Shown here piece after piece: positions 50,157-62,438 of a stretch of DNA of 64,000 nucleotides (the stretch's first letter is position 1; every line of letters starts with the position of its first letter). The position numbers were made by a program, and so were the translations under genes. Under the pieces are notes generated by a model. It was not told the DNA's origin. It worked only from the letters and a program-made list of their open reading frames with translations, and searched no databases. The stretch spans positions 27,507 to 91,506 of the forward strand of contig DATJTI010000031.1 of the NCBI GenBank assembly GCA_035503615.1. The letters are read 5' to 3'. The DNA comes from Stellaceae bacterium (lineage in GTDB: Bacteria > Pseudomonadota > Alphaproteobacteria > ATCC43930 > CGMCC-115725).

Positions 50157-52282
50157 GCCTCTCTGCGGTGCCGCGGCTGCCGCCCGCTCTCGGCGACAAT
50201 CCGCGCCTCGACCAGTGGGTGCGATTTGTCGAGCCCGGCGTTGTCAGCGTAGCGACCGGCAAGGTCGAGATCGGCCAAGGCGTGCTGACTGCGATGCGGC
50301 AGATAGCGGCCGAGGAGCTCGAAGTCGGTCTCGATCAGGTCCGTCTGCAAACCGGCGATACCGATCTGACCCCGAACGAAGGCTATACCTCGGGCAGCCA
50401 GTCGATCCAGTTTGGCGGCGTTGCCCTGCGTTTGGCTTGCGCCGAGGTGCGCGCGCTGTTTCTCGATCATGCAGCGGAGCGGTTCGGCTATCCGCGGGCC
50501 CGGCTGTCGGTTCGCGACGGGGCGATTTTGCACGAAGGCGAACCGACCGGGCAGGATTACTGGTCGCTGTGCGGCGCGATCGATCTTGCCCGCCACGCCA
50601 GCGGCCGCCCGCCGACCAGGGCGGTGAGCGATTATCGCATCATCGGCCGCAATGAGCCGCGCATCGATCTCGCCGCCAAAGTGTTCGGCGAGCCGATCTT
50701 TGTTCATGACCTGAAGCTCGATGGGATGGTGCATGCGCGCGTCGTGCGCCAGCCGCGCCGCGGCGCCAGGATCGGGTCGCTCGACGCGGCGGCGATCCGG
50801 CGCGCCGCCAACGGCCCGATCGAGATCCTGCGCGACGGCAATTTCCTTGCGATCATCGGCGCTGACGAGACCGTCGTCGAAGCGGCCGCCGCGATAGCTC
50901 CAGCTCATGTCGCCTGGGACGATGTCGACGCGTTGAACCCGGCGCAGGAGGAAGCGCGCTGGCTGCTGCAACAGCCGTCGATCGACCGGATCGTCGGCGC
51001 CCCGCCCGCGGCCGTGACACCAGCGGAGCAGCACCACCAGGCGAGATATACGCGGATGCACGTCGCCCACGCCTCGGTGGCGCCATCCTGCGCGATGGCA
51101 CGTTATCGTGACGGGCGGCTCGAAGTGTGGACGCATTCGCAGGGGGTCTATCCGTTGCGCGCGGCACTCGCCCGCACCTTGAAGCTCGACCCGGCGGCGA
51201 TTTCCGTCAGGCATGTGCAGGGCCCGGGCTGCTATGGCCATAACGGAGCCGACGATGCCGCGGCCGACGCCGCGGTGATCGCGATGCGTCGGCCCGGCGA
51301 GCCGGTGCGGGTGCGCTGGCGGCGCGAAGACGAGTTCGGTTTCGAACCGGTCAGCCCGGCAATGGTGGTCGATGTCGCGGCGGTTCTCGATGCCGCCGGC
51401 CGGCCAGTCGATTGGACCACCGAGATCTGGAGCGGGCGGCACACGAGCCGGCCGGGCAGTGGCGGCAACCTGCTCGCCGCCGAAGCGTTGCCGGACCCGC
51501 CGCCACCGCCGCCCGCGACCGAAGCGCCGGGTCCGCCTGGCGCCGGCACGCGCAATGCCGAACCGCTCTATGATTTTGCCGCGCGAAGGATCATCCACCA
51601 TCTGATCCCCGAAACTCCGGTGCGAACCTCGTCATTGCGCGGGTTGGGGGCGACGCTCAACGTCTTTGCGATCGAATCCTCGATCGACCATCTGGCACTC
51701 GAAACCGGCGCCGATCCTGTGGCCTATCGGCTGTCGCTGCTGTCGGATCCGCGGGCGAGCGTGGTGGTCGCGCATGCGGCGCGCCTCGCTGGCTGGGAGC
51801 CGCGGCAGCCTGTCGGCACCGGCAAGGGCCGCGGCATCGCCTTCGCCCGGTATAAAAATCTCGCCGCTTATGCGGCAGTCGTCGCCGAGGTCGAGGTGGA
51901 CGAGGAGGTCCGCTTGCGGCGCGTGTGGTGCGCCGCCGATGCCGGGCTCGTCATCAACCCGGACGGCGCGCTCAACCAGCTCGAAGGCGGCATCATCCAG
52001 GCAGCGAGCTGGGCGCTCAAGGAGGGAGTCCGGCTCGACCATGGCGGCATCAGCTCACGCGACTGGGAGAGCTACCCGGTCTTGCGCTTCAGCGAAGTGC
52101 CGGAGATCACCGCCGAACTGATCGGCGCCGCTGCCGACCAGCCGCCGCTCGGCATCGGTGAAGCTGCCGGCGGGCCGACCGTGGCGGCGATCGGCAACGC
52201 CGTGGCACATGCACTCGGCGCACGGATCCGCGATCTGCCCTTGACCCGCGAGCGCATTATGGCGGCGTTGCTGCAACCGTGA
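50153..52282 (+). CDS. Molybdopterin-binding large subunit (IorB / aldehyde oxidase-xanthine dehydrogenase family)
   Basis: 709 aa, translationally coupled to the 2Fe-2S subunit. Family blocks are VEIGQGVLTAMRQIAAEEL, GCYGHNGADDAA and PLGIGEAAGGPTVAAIGNAV. Confidence 0.85.
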   Translation: MSLSAVPRLPPALGDNPRLDQWVRFVEPGVVSVATGKVEIGQGVLTAMRQIAAEELEVGLDQVRLQTGDTDLTPNEGYTSGSQSIQFGGVALRLACAEVRALFLDHAAERFGYPRARLSVRDGAILHEGEPTGQDYWSLCGAIDLARHASGRPPTRAVSDYRIIGRNEPRIDLAAKVFGEPIFVHDLKLDGMVHARVVRQPRRGARIGSLDAAAIRRAANGPIEILRDGNFLAIIGADETVVEAAAAIAPAHVAWDDVDALNPAQEEARWLLQQPSIDRIVGAPPAAVTPAEQHHQARYTRMHVAHASVAPSCAMARYRDGRLEVWTHSQGVYPLRAALARTLKLDPAAISVRHVQGPGCYGHNGADDAAADAAVIAMRRPGEPVRVRWRREDEFGFEPVSPAMVVDVAAVLDAAGRPVDWTTEIWSGRHTSRPGSGGNLLAAEALPDPPPPPPATEAPGPPGAGTRNAEPLYDFAARRIIHHLIPETPVRTSSLRGLGATLNVFAIESSIDHLALETGADPVAYRLSLLSDPRASVVVAHAARLAGWEPRQPVGTGKGRGIAFARYKNLAAYAAVVAEVEVDEEVRLRRVWCAADAGLVINPDGALNQLEGGIIQAASWALKEGVRLDHGGISSRDWESYPVLRFSEVPEITAELIGAAADQPPLGIGEAAGGPTVAAIGNAVAHALGARIRDLPLTRERIMAALLQP

Positions 52283-52293
52283 CCCCGATCCGG

Positions 52294-53679
52294 TCAGGCA
52301 CTGCGTTTGGCACGCGGGATCGCCGCGGGAACCGCCATGTCGAGGCGGGGCCACCGGCAGCTCGACCGGAGCGGCCAACGCGCGGCAAAGGCGAGGATGA
52401 TCGCGGCAAGCCCGGCGATCAGCCACCACCATAAGAGCTCGCGGCCAAGCCAGAACAGTAGGTCGATGCGTAAGCCTATCCCGCCCGTGAAAATCGCGAC
52501 GGCGAGCCGGTGCACGGCGGCGCGCACCGGCGCTTCCCAGGCCACGAACAGTACAGCGACAATCATCTGCGCCAAAAATCGCCTGACCGGAGGACCTTCG
52601 GCCAGCCGATACAGGCGGATGAGCCCCGGCATGATCAGGACGAAAAAAATGCCGCGGTAATCGACGTTCTGTCCGGCGAAAAAGCACGCAGTCATCAAGA
52701 GCGCGCCGGCCAGCAGGCATTCCTCTTCCAACGAACCGAGGTTGAGAACGCTCACATCGAGCAGACGTGCGGTGCGCCGCGCCCGGCCGGCGGCGACTAT
52801 CGCGAGCAGGGCCAGCAGCAGCAGCCCGGCCGCGCCGCGCAGGCGCGGACCGAAGAGGTTATCGGCGAGACCGAACGGCAGGTTGCGGGCCGAGAACGAA
52901 TCGGAAAAATAGGAAAACGCAGGAATGTTCGCCAACGCCTTTCGCAGCTGCGTGTGATCGAAGCCAGCGAGCCCGACGAGGATCAGGGCGGCGAAGCCCG
53001 CCAAGATCAGCGCATCCCGGCGGCGCTCGCGAACGATCAGGGCCAGCAGAACAAGCGGGTAATATTTGAGCAGGCCGGCAAACAGAAAAATCGCATAAGC
53101 ACCAAAACGCCAAGGTCGCGCCATGCGAGCGAGGACACAGCCGGCTACGACCAACAGAAAGATGACCAGGTCGCAATTGGCGCGTTCGAGCGCATAGACC
53201 GTCATCGGCGACAACGCGATAAGACCGCACAGCAACGCCTCGCCCGGGCCGGTCGGGCGGATCACAAAGGCGAGCGACAGGATGAATATCAGATCGAGCC
53301 CAAGCCCGACCGCGGTCGTCGCACTCGTGTCGAGGACATGCGGGACGATCGCCAGCCACAGCGGCGAATAGACGTGCACGCGGCCCAGTACATCACAGGG
53401 ATCAAAACGGTAGACGTCGATGCCAAGCCGGTGGCATTGCACTGCAGCAAGCACTGCGTGAATGTCGAGAAACGGGAAGCGGAACGGCACGAACCCGAGT
53501 CGGTCAAGCATGGCGAAATAAAGGGTGCGCGGTCCCCGATGCCATAACATCGCGAGTACGGCGAAAATCATCGCGGCCACGCCCGGAATCACCAGGCGGT
53601 ATAACCATCGCCAGGGCGCTCGCCGGTCGGTCGATACGGGTCGGATCGCGGTCATTGTCAGCACCGCGAGCCTATGCAT
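52294..53679 (-). CDS. Polytopic membrane protein, GT-C-like glycosyltransferase (resembles DUF2029/GT87 family)
   Basis: The product has about 12 predicted hydrophobic segments and loop motifs such as FPFLDIHAV.. and LLKYYPLVLL. It neighbours other glycosylation genes. An alternative start is ATG 53655. The family assignment is tentative. Confidence 0.5.
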   Translation of the reverse strand: MHRLAVLTMTAIRPVSTDRRAPWRWLYRLVIPGVAAMIFAVLAMLWHRGPRTLYFAMLDRLGFVPFRFPFLDIHAVLAAVQCHRLGIDVYRFDPCDVLGRVHVYSPLWLAIVPHVLDTSATTAVGLGLDLIFILSLAFVIRPTGPGEALLCGLIALSPMTVYALERANCDLVIFLLVVAGCVLARMARPWRFGAYAIFLFAGLLKYYPLVLLALIVRERRRDALILAGFAALILVGLAGFDHTQLRKALANIPAFSYFSDSFSARNLPFGLADNLFGPRLRGAAGLLLLALLAIVAAGRARRTARLLDVSVLNLGSLEEECLLAGALLMTACFFAGQNVDYRGIFFVLIMPGLIRLYRLAEGPPVRRFLAQMIVAVLFVAWEAPVRAAVHRLAVAIFTGGIGLRIDLLFWLGRELLWWWLIAGLAAIILAFAARWPLRSSCRWPRLDMAVPAAIPRAKRSA

Positions 53680-53771
53680 CCCCGGTTAATTGCGAATAAA
53701 GTGCTCGCGGTTCAAGTTTCGGCCAGCTCGGCTTGCGCACCCGCTACGCCGGTTCGCCCCGGCCCCTGCGA

Positions 53772-55526
53772 TCATTTTCCCGGCGTCTTGCAATATCGTG
53801 CCCAAGACAGCGGCGCGCAGCCGACCTTTGGCGCGAGTTGCTCCCGGCCCGGCGCGTCGGACAAGAGCACGACCACATCGCCCGGCCGGCTGTCGTGCCA
53901 AAGCTCCTCGCGCTCGTGTCGGCAATAGCGGGCGCGGCGCGCGTCCAGCAGCCGCGCATAGTCCGATGGTGAGCGCAGCACGTCACCCCAGTCGAGGCCG
54001 TAGCTCTGCCGCGCCAGATAGACGGTATTGGTCGGAACATTCGCCCGTGCCGCTGCGAGCATCAGCTGCATGTTTGCGGAAAATTGCCTTTCGCGGCTGC
54101 TGCATTGAAAGCTCGGCACGATTTCAAGCCGCCGAGCCCCGGCGACGAGATTGGCCACCTGGCGGGCGTTGAGCGGCGCCCGGCTCGGCGCAGCGGCGAC
54201 GCTGGTGATGATATGCGCTCGCAACGGCTGGATATCGAGCAGCTGCAACAAAGCTGCGGCGAGCAGAAAGCTGACCATCAGCGGCCGCGGCCGGCGAAAT
54301 CCCAGCACGATGACGATCGCGACCTGCGTGTAACCGATCGGCCAGAAGAACCGGCCGCTCGACCGGAAGATTCCGAGTACCGCACTGAAATCATGCGGGA
54401 TCGGCAGGTCCAGCAGCAGACGATGACCGAAGAAGACACGGTTTGTAATCGCAAACGCTGCCAGTGCGGCAAAGGCCGTCAGCAACGCCGCATGCCGCTT
54501 TGCGTTCTGCCGCATCCATCCAAACTCGGCCGGCAGCAGCAGCAGCGAGGCCAGCAGCAATCCCGCCCCGAGATAGTTGTAGCCTTCATACTGACCACCG
54601 GTCGCGTCGATGACCCCGCCGAGCCTGGGAAAGACGCCGCTGAGCTGCGGCGCGAACGGCGAGAGCAGGTTCATCGAGTAGTAGCCATAGCGAGCGAAGG
54701 GCAGACCCCCGCCGGCGCCGAACTGACCGCCAATTGCGATCAGCATGACGATTGGCAATATCGTCCCGAACCCGATCGCGATCGCCCGACCGGTTGTCAC
54801 TTTCCGGTCGAGCCGCCGCTGCACGAGGGCGCTCAGCCAGATGCTCCCAACCATCGCAAACAGGTAGATGTTGGTGAGATAGGCGAGGGCGAGATAGCCG
54901 GCCCAAACCATCGCAAGACCGCGCCAAGTGCTACGGCGGAGTGAAAACAGGTAGAGCGCCAGTGCGCCGATCAGCAGAAACTGTGCTTCGAGCGCGATGT
55001 CGCCCCAGCGCCACAGCAGCGCCGGCATCGTGTCGGCGAAGATCGCTGCGATCATTGTCGCCAGCGCGTATCGCATCCTGGCGGCGATCAGCACGCGGCT
55101 CATCGCGACACCGGGAAGCATAAAACAGAGAAACAGAAAAACACCGTAGGGATTGACTGTGACACAGGTGACGTTACGGAGCAATTTTCCCGCGAGTGCT
55201 ATGATTGGCACCGGATCAGTGAAGATGATATTGGTGCCGGTCGGAATACCCAGACTGGCTACATAGAACAGCGGGAATCGCCAAGGGCTTTGGACATAGT
55301 AGAAATAAGAGCCGAGCACTGTCTGCATATCGACCCCCATTGGGAACCGCCAGAAGTCATCCCGACCGGTGATGAAGTTGCAGTCGAACAGACTCGCGTC
55401 GCAGCAAAGGCCCACCACCGCAGCCAGCCCGAGCAATTGCCAAGCCGGCAATTCTGCCAAGGCGATACGCCCCACTCGCCGAGCCAGTTCGTCGCGGCGG
55501 CTCGCCACCCTCGTTACCCCGGTCAT
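53772..55526 (-). CDS. Polytopic membrane protein (DUF6311-like N-terminus) with a soluble C-terminal domain
   Basis: The N-terminal block is GRDDFWRFPMG....YFYYVQSPWRFPLFYV..LG.P.GTNIIFTDPVPIIALAGKLL. Many TM segments follow, and the last ~150 aa are hydrophilic. The family assignment is tentative. Confidence 0.5.
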   Translation of the reverse strand: MTGVTRVASRRDELARRVGRIALAELPAWQLLGLAAVVGLCCDASLFDCNFITGRDDFWRFPMGVDMQTVLGSYFYYVQSPWRFPLFYVASLGIPTGTNIIFTDPVPIIALAGKLLRNVTCVTVNPYGVFLFLCFMLPGVAMSRVLIAARMRYALATMIAAIFADTMPALLWRWGDIALEAQFLLIGALALYLFSLRRSTWRGLAMVWAGYLALAYLTNIYLFAMVGSIWLSALVQRRLDRKVTTGRAIAIGFGTILPIVMLIAIGGQFGAGGGLPFARYGYYSMNLLSPFAPQLSGVFPRLGGVIDATGGQYEGYNYLGAGLLLASLLLLPAEFGWMRQNAKRHAALLTAFAALAAFAITNRVFFGHRLLLDLPIPHDFSAVLGIFRSSGRFFWPIGYTQVAIVIVLGFRRPRPLMVSFLLAAALLQLLDIQPLRAHIITSVAAAPSRAPLNARQVANLVAGARRLEIVPSFQCSSRERQFSANMQLMLAAARANVPTNTVYLARQSYGLDWGDVLRSPSDYARLLDARRARYCRHEREELWHDSRPGDVVVLLSDAPGREQLAPKVGCAPLSWARYCKTPGK

Positions 55527-55677
55527 GCCGAACCTTTGTCATTGAGCGCGGGTGGGAATTGGCATCGGCTGCTTTCTCCACAAAACGCACTGCCTTGATC
55601 CTATCGGGATCGCGGTTCATTCATCGTTAAGCGGTGCCGGGGCACAGTTGCCCGAACATGATTGGGCGCTGCTTACC

Positions 55678-56682
55678 ATGGCCGACAAGATCGCGATCGT
55701 GATGCCGGTCCTCGACGATTGGGAATCCTTCACCGCGCTGGTGCACGAAATCTCCGAAACGTTCACCGGGTCCGATCTCGATTTTCACATCTGTGCGATC
55801 GATGACGGCTCGACCACGCCATTCGACTCCGCGACACTCGACCTGACGCCGGGGTCGTGCGTCGGCTCGATTGCGATCATCCGCCTCGCCGCCAATCTCG
55901 GCCATCAGCGCGCGATCGCGATCGGCTTGTGCGCAATCGCCGAAACCGGCGATGCCGACCGGGTGCTGGTCATGGACAGCGATGGTCAAGATCGACCGGC
56001 CGACATCGCTACTCTGCTCTCGATGAGCCGGCGCCAGCCAAGGCATGTCGTATTCGCCGCTCGCGCCGAGCGCGCTGAGCCGCGCATGTTTCGCTTTTGG
56101 TACGGCCTGTACCGGCTGCTGTTTCATGGGTTGACCGGACAGGCGATCAATTTCGGCAATTTCTGTGCAATGCCGATGGCGGCGGTCCGCCGGCTCGTGC
56201 ACATGCCGGAGTTGTGGAACCATCTGGCGGCCTCAGTCATGCGCTCCCGGCTGCCCTATACGAGCGTGCCGACAGCGCGCGGTCGCCGCACCAGCGGCCG
56301 TTCGCGGATGAATCTGGTCGCGTTGATCGCGCACGGGTTCAGCGCGATGTCGGTCTATACCGACCAGATCTTCATTCGCGTCCTGCTCGCCGCAGGGCTC
56401 GTTGCCGGGCTCGCCGGCCTTGCCATCGCCGCCGCGGTCACGATCCGCGTCGCGACCCATCTGGCCATTCCCGGCTGGGCTACGACCGCGATCGGCGACC
56501 TGTTGATCATGCTGCTGGAAACCCTGGTCGTCATGGTCGCATCGAGCCTGACCATGCTGGCCCGGCGCAGCTTGCGGCCGATCCTGCCGATCGCCGACTG
56601 CCGGTGCTTTGTCGCCGGGCGCGAAGAATTCCGCTTTGGCTCGCGACAAGCCATCGTCGCGGCGGTGCGGCCTGCGGCATGA
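55678..56682 (+). CDS. Family-2 glycosyltransferase, polyprenyl-phosphate sugar synthase type (ArnC/GtrB/DPM1-like)
   Basis: The GT-A fold blocks are IAIVMPVLDDWES, ICAIDDGSTT, NLGHQRAI and the DxD motif VMDSDGQD. Two C-terminal TM helices are present. ATG 55678 was chosen. Confidence 0.8.
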   Translation: MADKIAIVMPVLDDWESFTALVHEISETFTGSDLDFHICAIDDGSTTPFDSATLDLTPGSCVGSIAIIRLAANLGHQRAIAIGLCAIAETGDADRVLVMDSDGQDRPADIATLLSMSRRQPRHVVFAARAERAEPRMFRFWYGLYRLLFHGLTGQAINFGNFCAMPMAAVRRLVHMPELWNHLAASVMRSRLPYTSVPTARGRRTSGRSRMNLVALIAHGFSAMSVYTDQIFIRVLLAAGLVAGLAGLAIAAAVTIRVATHLAIPGWATTAIGDLLIMLLETLVVMVASSLTMLARRSLRPILPIADCRCFVAGREEFRFGSRQAIVAAVRPAA

Positions 56683-57386
56683 GCTATCATTACGTCGGTT
56701 CCGAGCTCGAGCTGTTTGCGACGGCAATCAACTGGAAATCCTATCTCGCCTCGGTGCTGGACCCGTTCGTCACCGGGCGGGTGCTGGATGTCGGCGCCGG
56801 CATCGGCACCAACCTCGCGTATATGTGCAACCCGCGTGTCGTCGAATGGACCAGCCTCGAACCCGATCCGGAGCTGGCTCGCCAGATCGGTGCCGCTGAG
56901 CCGCGCCGACGGTTGCTCACACCCTGCCGCGTCGTGACCGGCACGATCGGCGACCTCGACCCGGCCTTATGCTTCGACACGATCCTCTATCTCGATGTGC
57001 TCGAACATATCGCCGATGACCGGGCCGAGCTGGCGCGCGCTCGCGACCATTTGGCGCCGGGCGGCCGCCTCGTTGTCGTCGCGCCTGCACACCCGTTTCT
57101 GTTCAGCGGGTTCGATGCGGCGATCGGTCATTATCGGCGCTACGACGACGTGAGCTTGCGCGCGCTGAGCCCTGAAGGGTGCCGCCTCGATGCGTTTCTG
57201 CTGCTCGACTGCGCCGGGTTCTTTGCTTCGCTCGCCAACCGGCTGATCTTGCGCAAGGTGCTGCCGTCGCCGCGGCAGATCGCGGTGTGGGACCGGTCGC
57301 TGGTGCCAGCCTCGCGCCGTCTCGATCCGTTGACCGGCTACAAATTCGGCAAGACCGCGCTCGCCGTGTGGCGCGCCGCCGCGTGA
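56679..57386 (+). CDS. Class I SAM-dependent methyltransferase
   Basis: Motif I is VLDVGAGIGTN. Also present are ILYLDVLEHI and LAPGGRLVVVAP. The ATG overlaps the GT2 stop (ATGA). Confidence 0.8.
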   Translation: MSYHYVGSELELFATAINWKSYLASVLDPFVTGRVLDVGAGIGTNLAYMCNPRVVEWTSLEPDPELARQIGAAEPRRRLLTPCRVVTGTIGDLDPALCFDTILYLDVLEHIADDRAELARARDHLAPGGRLVVVAPAHPFLFSGFDAAIGHYRRYDDVSLRALSPEGCRLDAFLLLDCAGFFASLANRLILRKVLPSPRQIAVWDRSLVPASRRLDPLTGYKFGKTALAVWRAAA

Positions 57387-57616
57387 GTTTCCGCCGCCCC
57401 CGGAAGCTGGTCAGCCCGGCCGCGCCGCTGCTGTTCGGCCCGGCCGGGGCGAATGTCGGCCCGGATCGCCTGATCGCCCTCGCCATGGGGGGCATGGGGC
57501 CGCGCCGGTGGTTGCCGCCCCCGGAGATCGCCTGACACGACGCGGAGGGACGCAATCGACGCAACCCGGTGCGGCACCCTCTTGCACTGCGGCCGCGCGA
57601 GGCCACAATCTGTCGC

Positions 57617-60298
<2,682 letters not shown>

Positions 60299-60423
60299 CG
60301 CCGATTCGAAGGCTCGTTATCCCTTTTGATCGTGAGGGTCCGGCGCAAGTCGATTGAATTCTCTGCGATCTGGCACCCAGGACGAAATTTTGACGTTCGT
60401 TACCTAACCAGCCGCAACCAGGT

Positions 60424-61323
60424 TTGGTTGACGGATCCGGCATGGACGGGAACGAGCGGAGCGATCGGCGCAGCAATCGTGTCTCCGTCTTGGCACGGAC
60501 GGTTGCGGTGATACTGGCCATGCTGGCAGCCGCGTGTGAGCCATTCCCAGTCCATCTCGACCCGTTGAGCGTCAATGGGCGCGATGGCGGTGGTGCGCCC
60601 CCATCCTATGGTGCGCTGATGCGGATCGCCGCCGCGGCCCGCTCCGGCGGCGATTATGCGAATGCGCTCAGCGTGTACCGTCGCGCTGCCGCGATCGCGC
60701 CCGCGGCCCCGGCGCCCTTTGTCGCGATCGGCGACATGCTGCTTGCAGATGGCGCGGTCAACGAGGCGATCCTTGCCTACAATTCGGCGCTGGCCCGCGA
60801 TGCCGACAGCCCGTCGGCACTGCGCGGGTTGGCCAAGGCATATCTCGAAACCGGCCGTCCGCAGTTGGCGCTGGTTCCGCTAGCAAGAGCCGAGAAAGCG
60901 AGCCCCGACGATCCGCAGTTGATGGTCCTGCTCGGCGTCACCGAGGACCTGTCGGGTCGTCACCAGCTGGCCCAGGCCGATTATCGGCGCGGTCTCACAA
61001 AATCGCCCGGCGACCCCGCGCTAACCGTCGACCTGGCGCTGTCACTGTCGCTGAGCGGCGATTTTCCCGACGCGATCGCGGTCCTGCAGCCGGTCGCGAT
61101 GGCACCCTCGTCCTCGGCGCAGGAACGGCAGTCGCTCGCCCTGATCTATGGCCTCGAAGGCAGTGTCGCCGAAGCTGCGCGGCTCGGCCGGATCGATCTC
61201 GACGAGGCGTCGGTCGAACACAACCTCGCCTATTACCAGACGCTCCGCGGCTTGTCGCCGGACGCACGCAGCCGGGCGATCCTGTCGGCGGGGACGAGGC
61301 CGAACGCCGCCGGGCCATCATGA
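60424..61323 (+). CDS. TPR-repeat lipoprotein (TadD-like, Flp pilus assembly associated)
   Basis: A lipobox-like AMLAAAC is followed by repeated TPR units (ALSVYRRAAAIAP..., AILAYNSALARDADSP, LRGLAKAYLETGRPQ...). The start is TTG 60424 or ATG 60442. The gene is adjacent to tadC. Confidence 0.6.
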   Translation: MVDGSGMDGNERSDRRSNRVSVLARTVAVILAMLAAACEPFPVHLDPLSVNGRDGGGAPPSYGALMRIAAAARSGGDYANALSVYRRAAAIAPAAPAPFVAIGDMLLADGAVNEAILAYNSALARDADSPSALRGLAKAYLETGRPQLALVPLARAEKASPDDPQLMVLLGVTEDLSGRHQLAQADYRRGLTKSPGDPALTVDLALSLSLSGDFPDAIAVLQPVAMAPSSSAQERQSLALIYGLEGSVAEAARLGRIDLDEASVEHNLAYYQTLRGLSPDARSRAILSAGTRPNAAGPS

Positions 61324-61439
61324 AACGCCGCCGAGTGGCGAGGGGACCTTCCGGATGGGTGCCCGCAGCCGCCTATGACCGCGTGCCGTGGCATGCGATC
61401 TTCGGCCCGGATCCGACGCCTTGATGCCTCGCGGCCGGT

Positions 61440-62438
61440 TCAATGCCGGCTGAACATATCCATGATGCCGATCGCCGCCGGGCCGAGCAGGACGATGAAC
61501 AGGGTCGGCAGAATAAACACGATCATCGGCACGGTCAGCATCGCCGGCAGCCGCGCAGCCTTCTCTTCGGCGCGGGTCATTCGCGCAGTACGTGACTCGA
61601 TCGATAGAATCCGCAGCGACTGAGCCAGCGGGGTGCCGAATTTCGCCGTCTGCTGCAAGGTGTTGACCACCGCCCGGATGGCATCCGAATCGGTGCGGTT
61701 GTTGAGGTTGTCAAACGCCAGGCGGCGATCCGGCAGAAAGGTCAATTCGGCTGCGGTGATCGCGAACTCCTCGGCGAGCTCCGGCCAGCTCGCGGCAAGT
61801 TCGCGCGAAACCCGGATCAATGTCGCGTCGAGGCTGAGCCCGGCCTCGGCACAGATGACCATCAGATCGAGACCGTCCGGCAGCGCGAGCTGCAATTGCT
61901 TGGCGCGCTTGCCGGCTGCGTTTGTCAGGTACAGCTTTGGCGCGTAAACGCCCAGCGCGACCGCCGCCAACGCCGGCACGAACCGGAATTCGGCCGGACT
62001 CGGCAGCAAATGCAGCGCGTAATCATTGACCAGCATGGCAAAGCCGAACAATGACGGCAGGCACAGCCGCGCGAACAGATAGCCGACCATCGCGTCGGGG
62101 GATCGGATCCCGGCGCGGGCCAGCATCAGCCGCGCTTCGGCTGCGTGCTTGGAGCGAAGCAGGTCGAGCCGCGTCACCGCCTGCCGCATCAAGCCGACCG
62201 GCCGCCGCCATTGCCGCCGGTTGCGTAGAGCCAGAGCCTGGCGGCGCAGCGATTCCTTGCGCCTGGTGATTTCGGCCAGCCGCCGCTCGAATGCATTCCT
62301 CGGTCGCACCGCCTGCCACATCGCAATACAGGTCGCCAGCACCGCGAGCGAGGCAAGACCGGCAATCAGGTCGTCGAGCCCGATCCCAGCGGGTAGCCAG
62401 CGGGCGAGCTCGACATCGCCGGGCTGTACATTGATCAT
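61440..62438 (-). CDS. tadC: Tad/Flp pilus assembly inner-membrane protein TadC (T2SS-F domain)
   Basis: The T2SSF block is LPDGLDLMVICAEAGLSLDATL...RTDSDAIRAVVNTLQQTAKFGTPLAQSLR, with terminal TM helices. ATG 62438 overlaps the tadB stop. The ORF-track extension to 62792 was rejected. Confidence 0.82.
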   Translation of the reverse strand: MINVQPGDVELARWLPAGIGLDDLIAGLASLAVLATCIAMWQAVRPRNAFERRLAEITRRKESLRRQALALRNRRQWRRPVGLMRQAVTRLDLLRSKHAAEARLMLARAGIRSPDAMVGYLFARLCLPSLFGFAMLVNDYALHLLPSPAEFRFVPALAAVALGVYAPKLYLTNAAGKRAKQLQLALPDGLDLMVICAEAGLSLDATLIRVSRELAASWPELAEEFAITAAELTFLPDRRLAFDNLNNRTDSDAIRAVVNTLQQTAKFGTPLAQSLRILSIESRTARMTRAEEKAARLPAMLTVPMIVFILPTLFIVLLGPAAIGIMDMFSRH

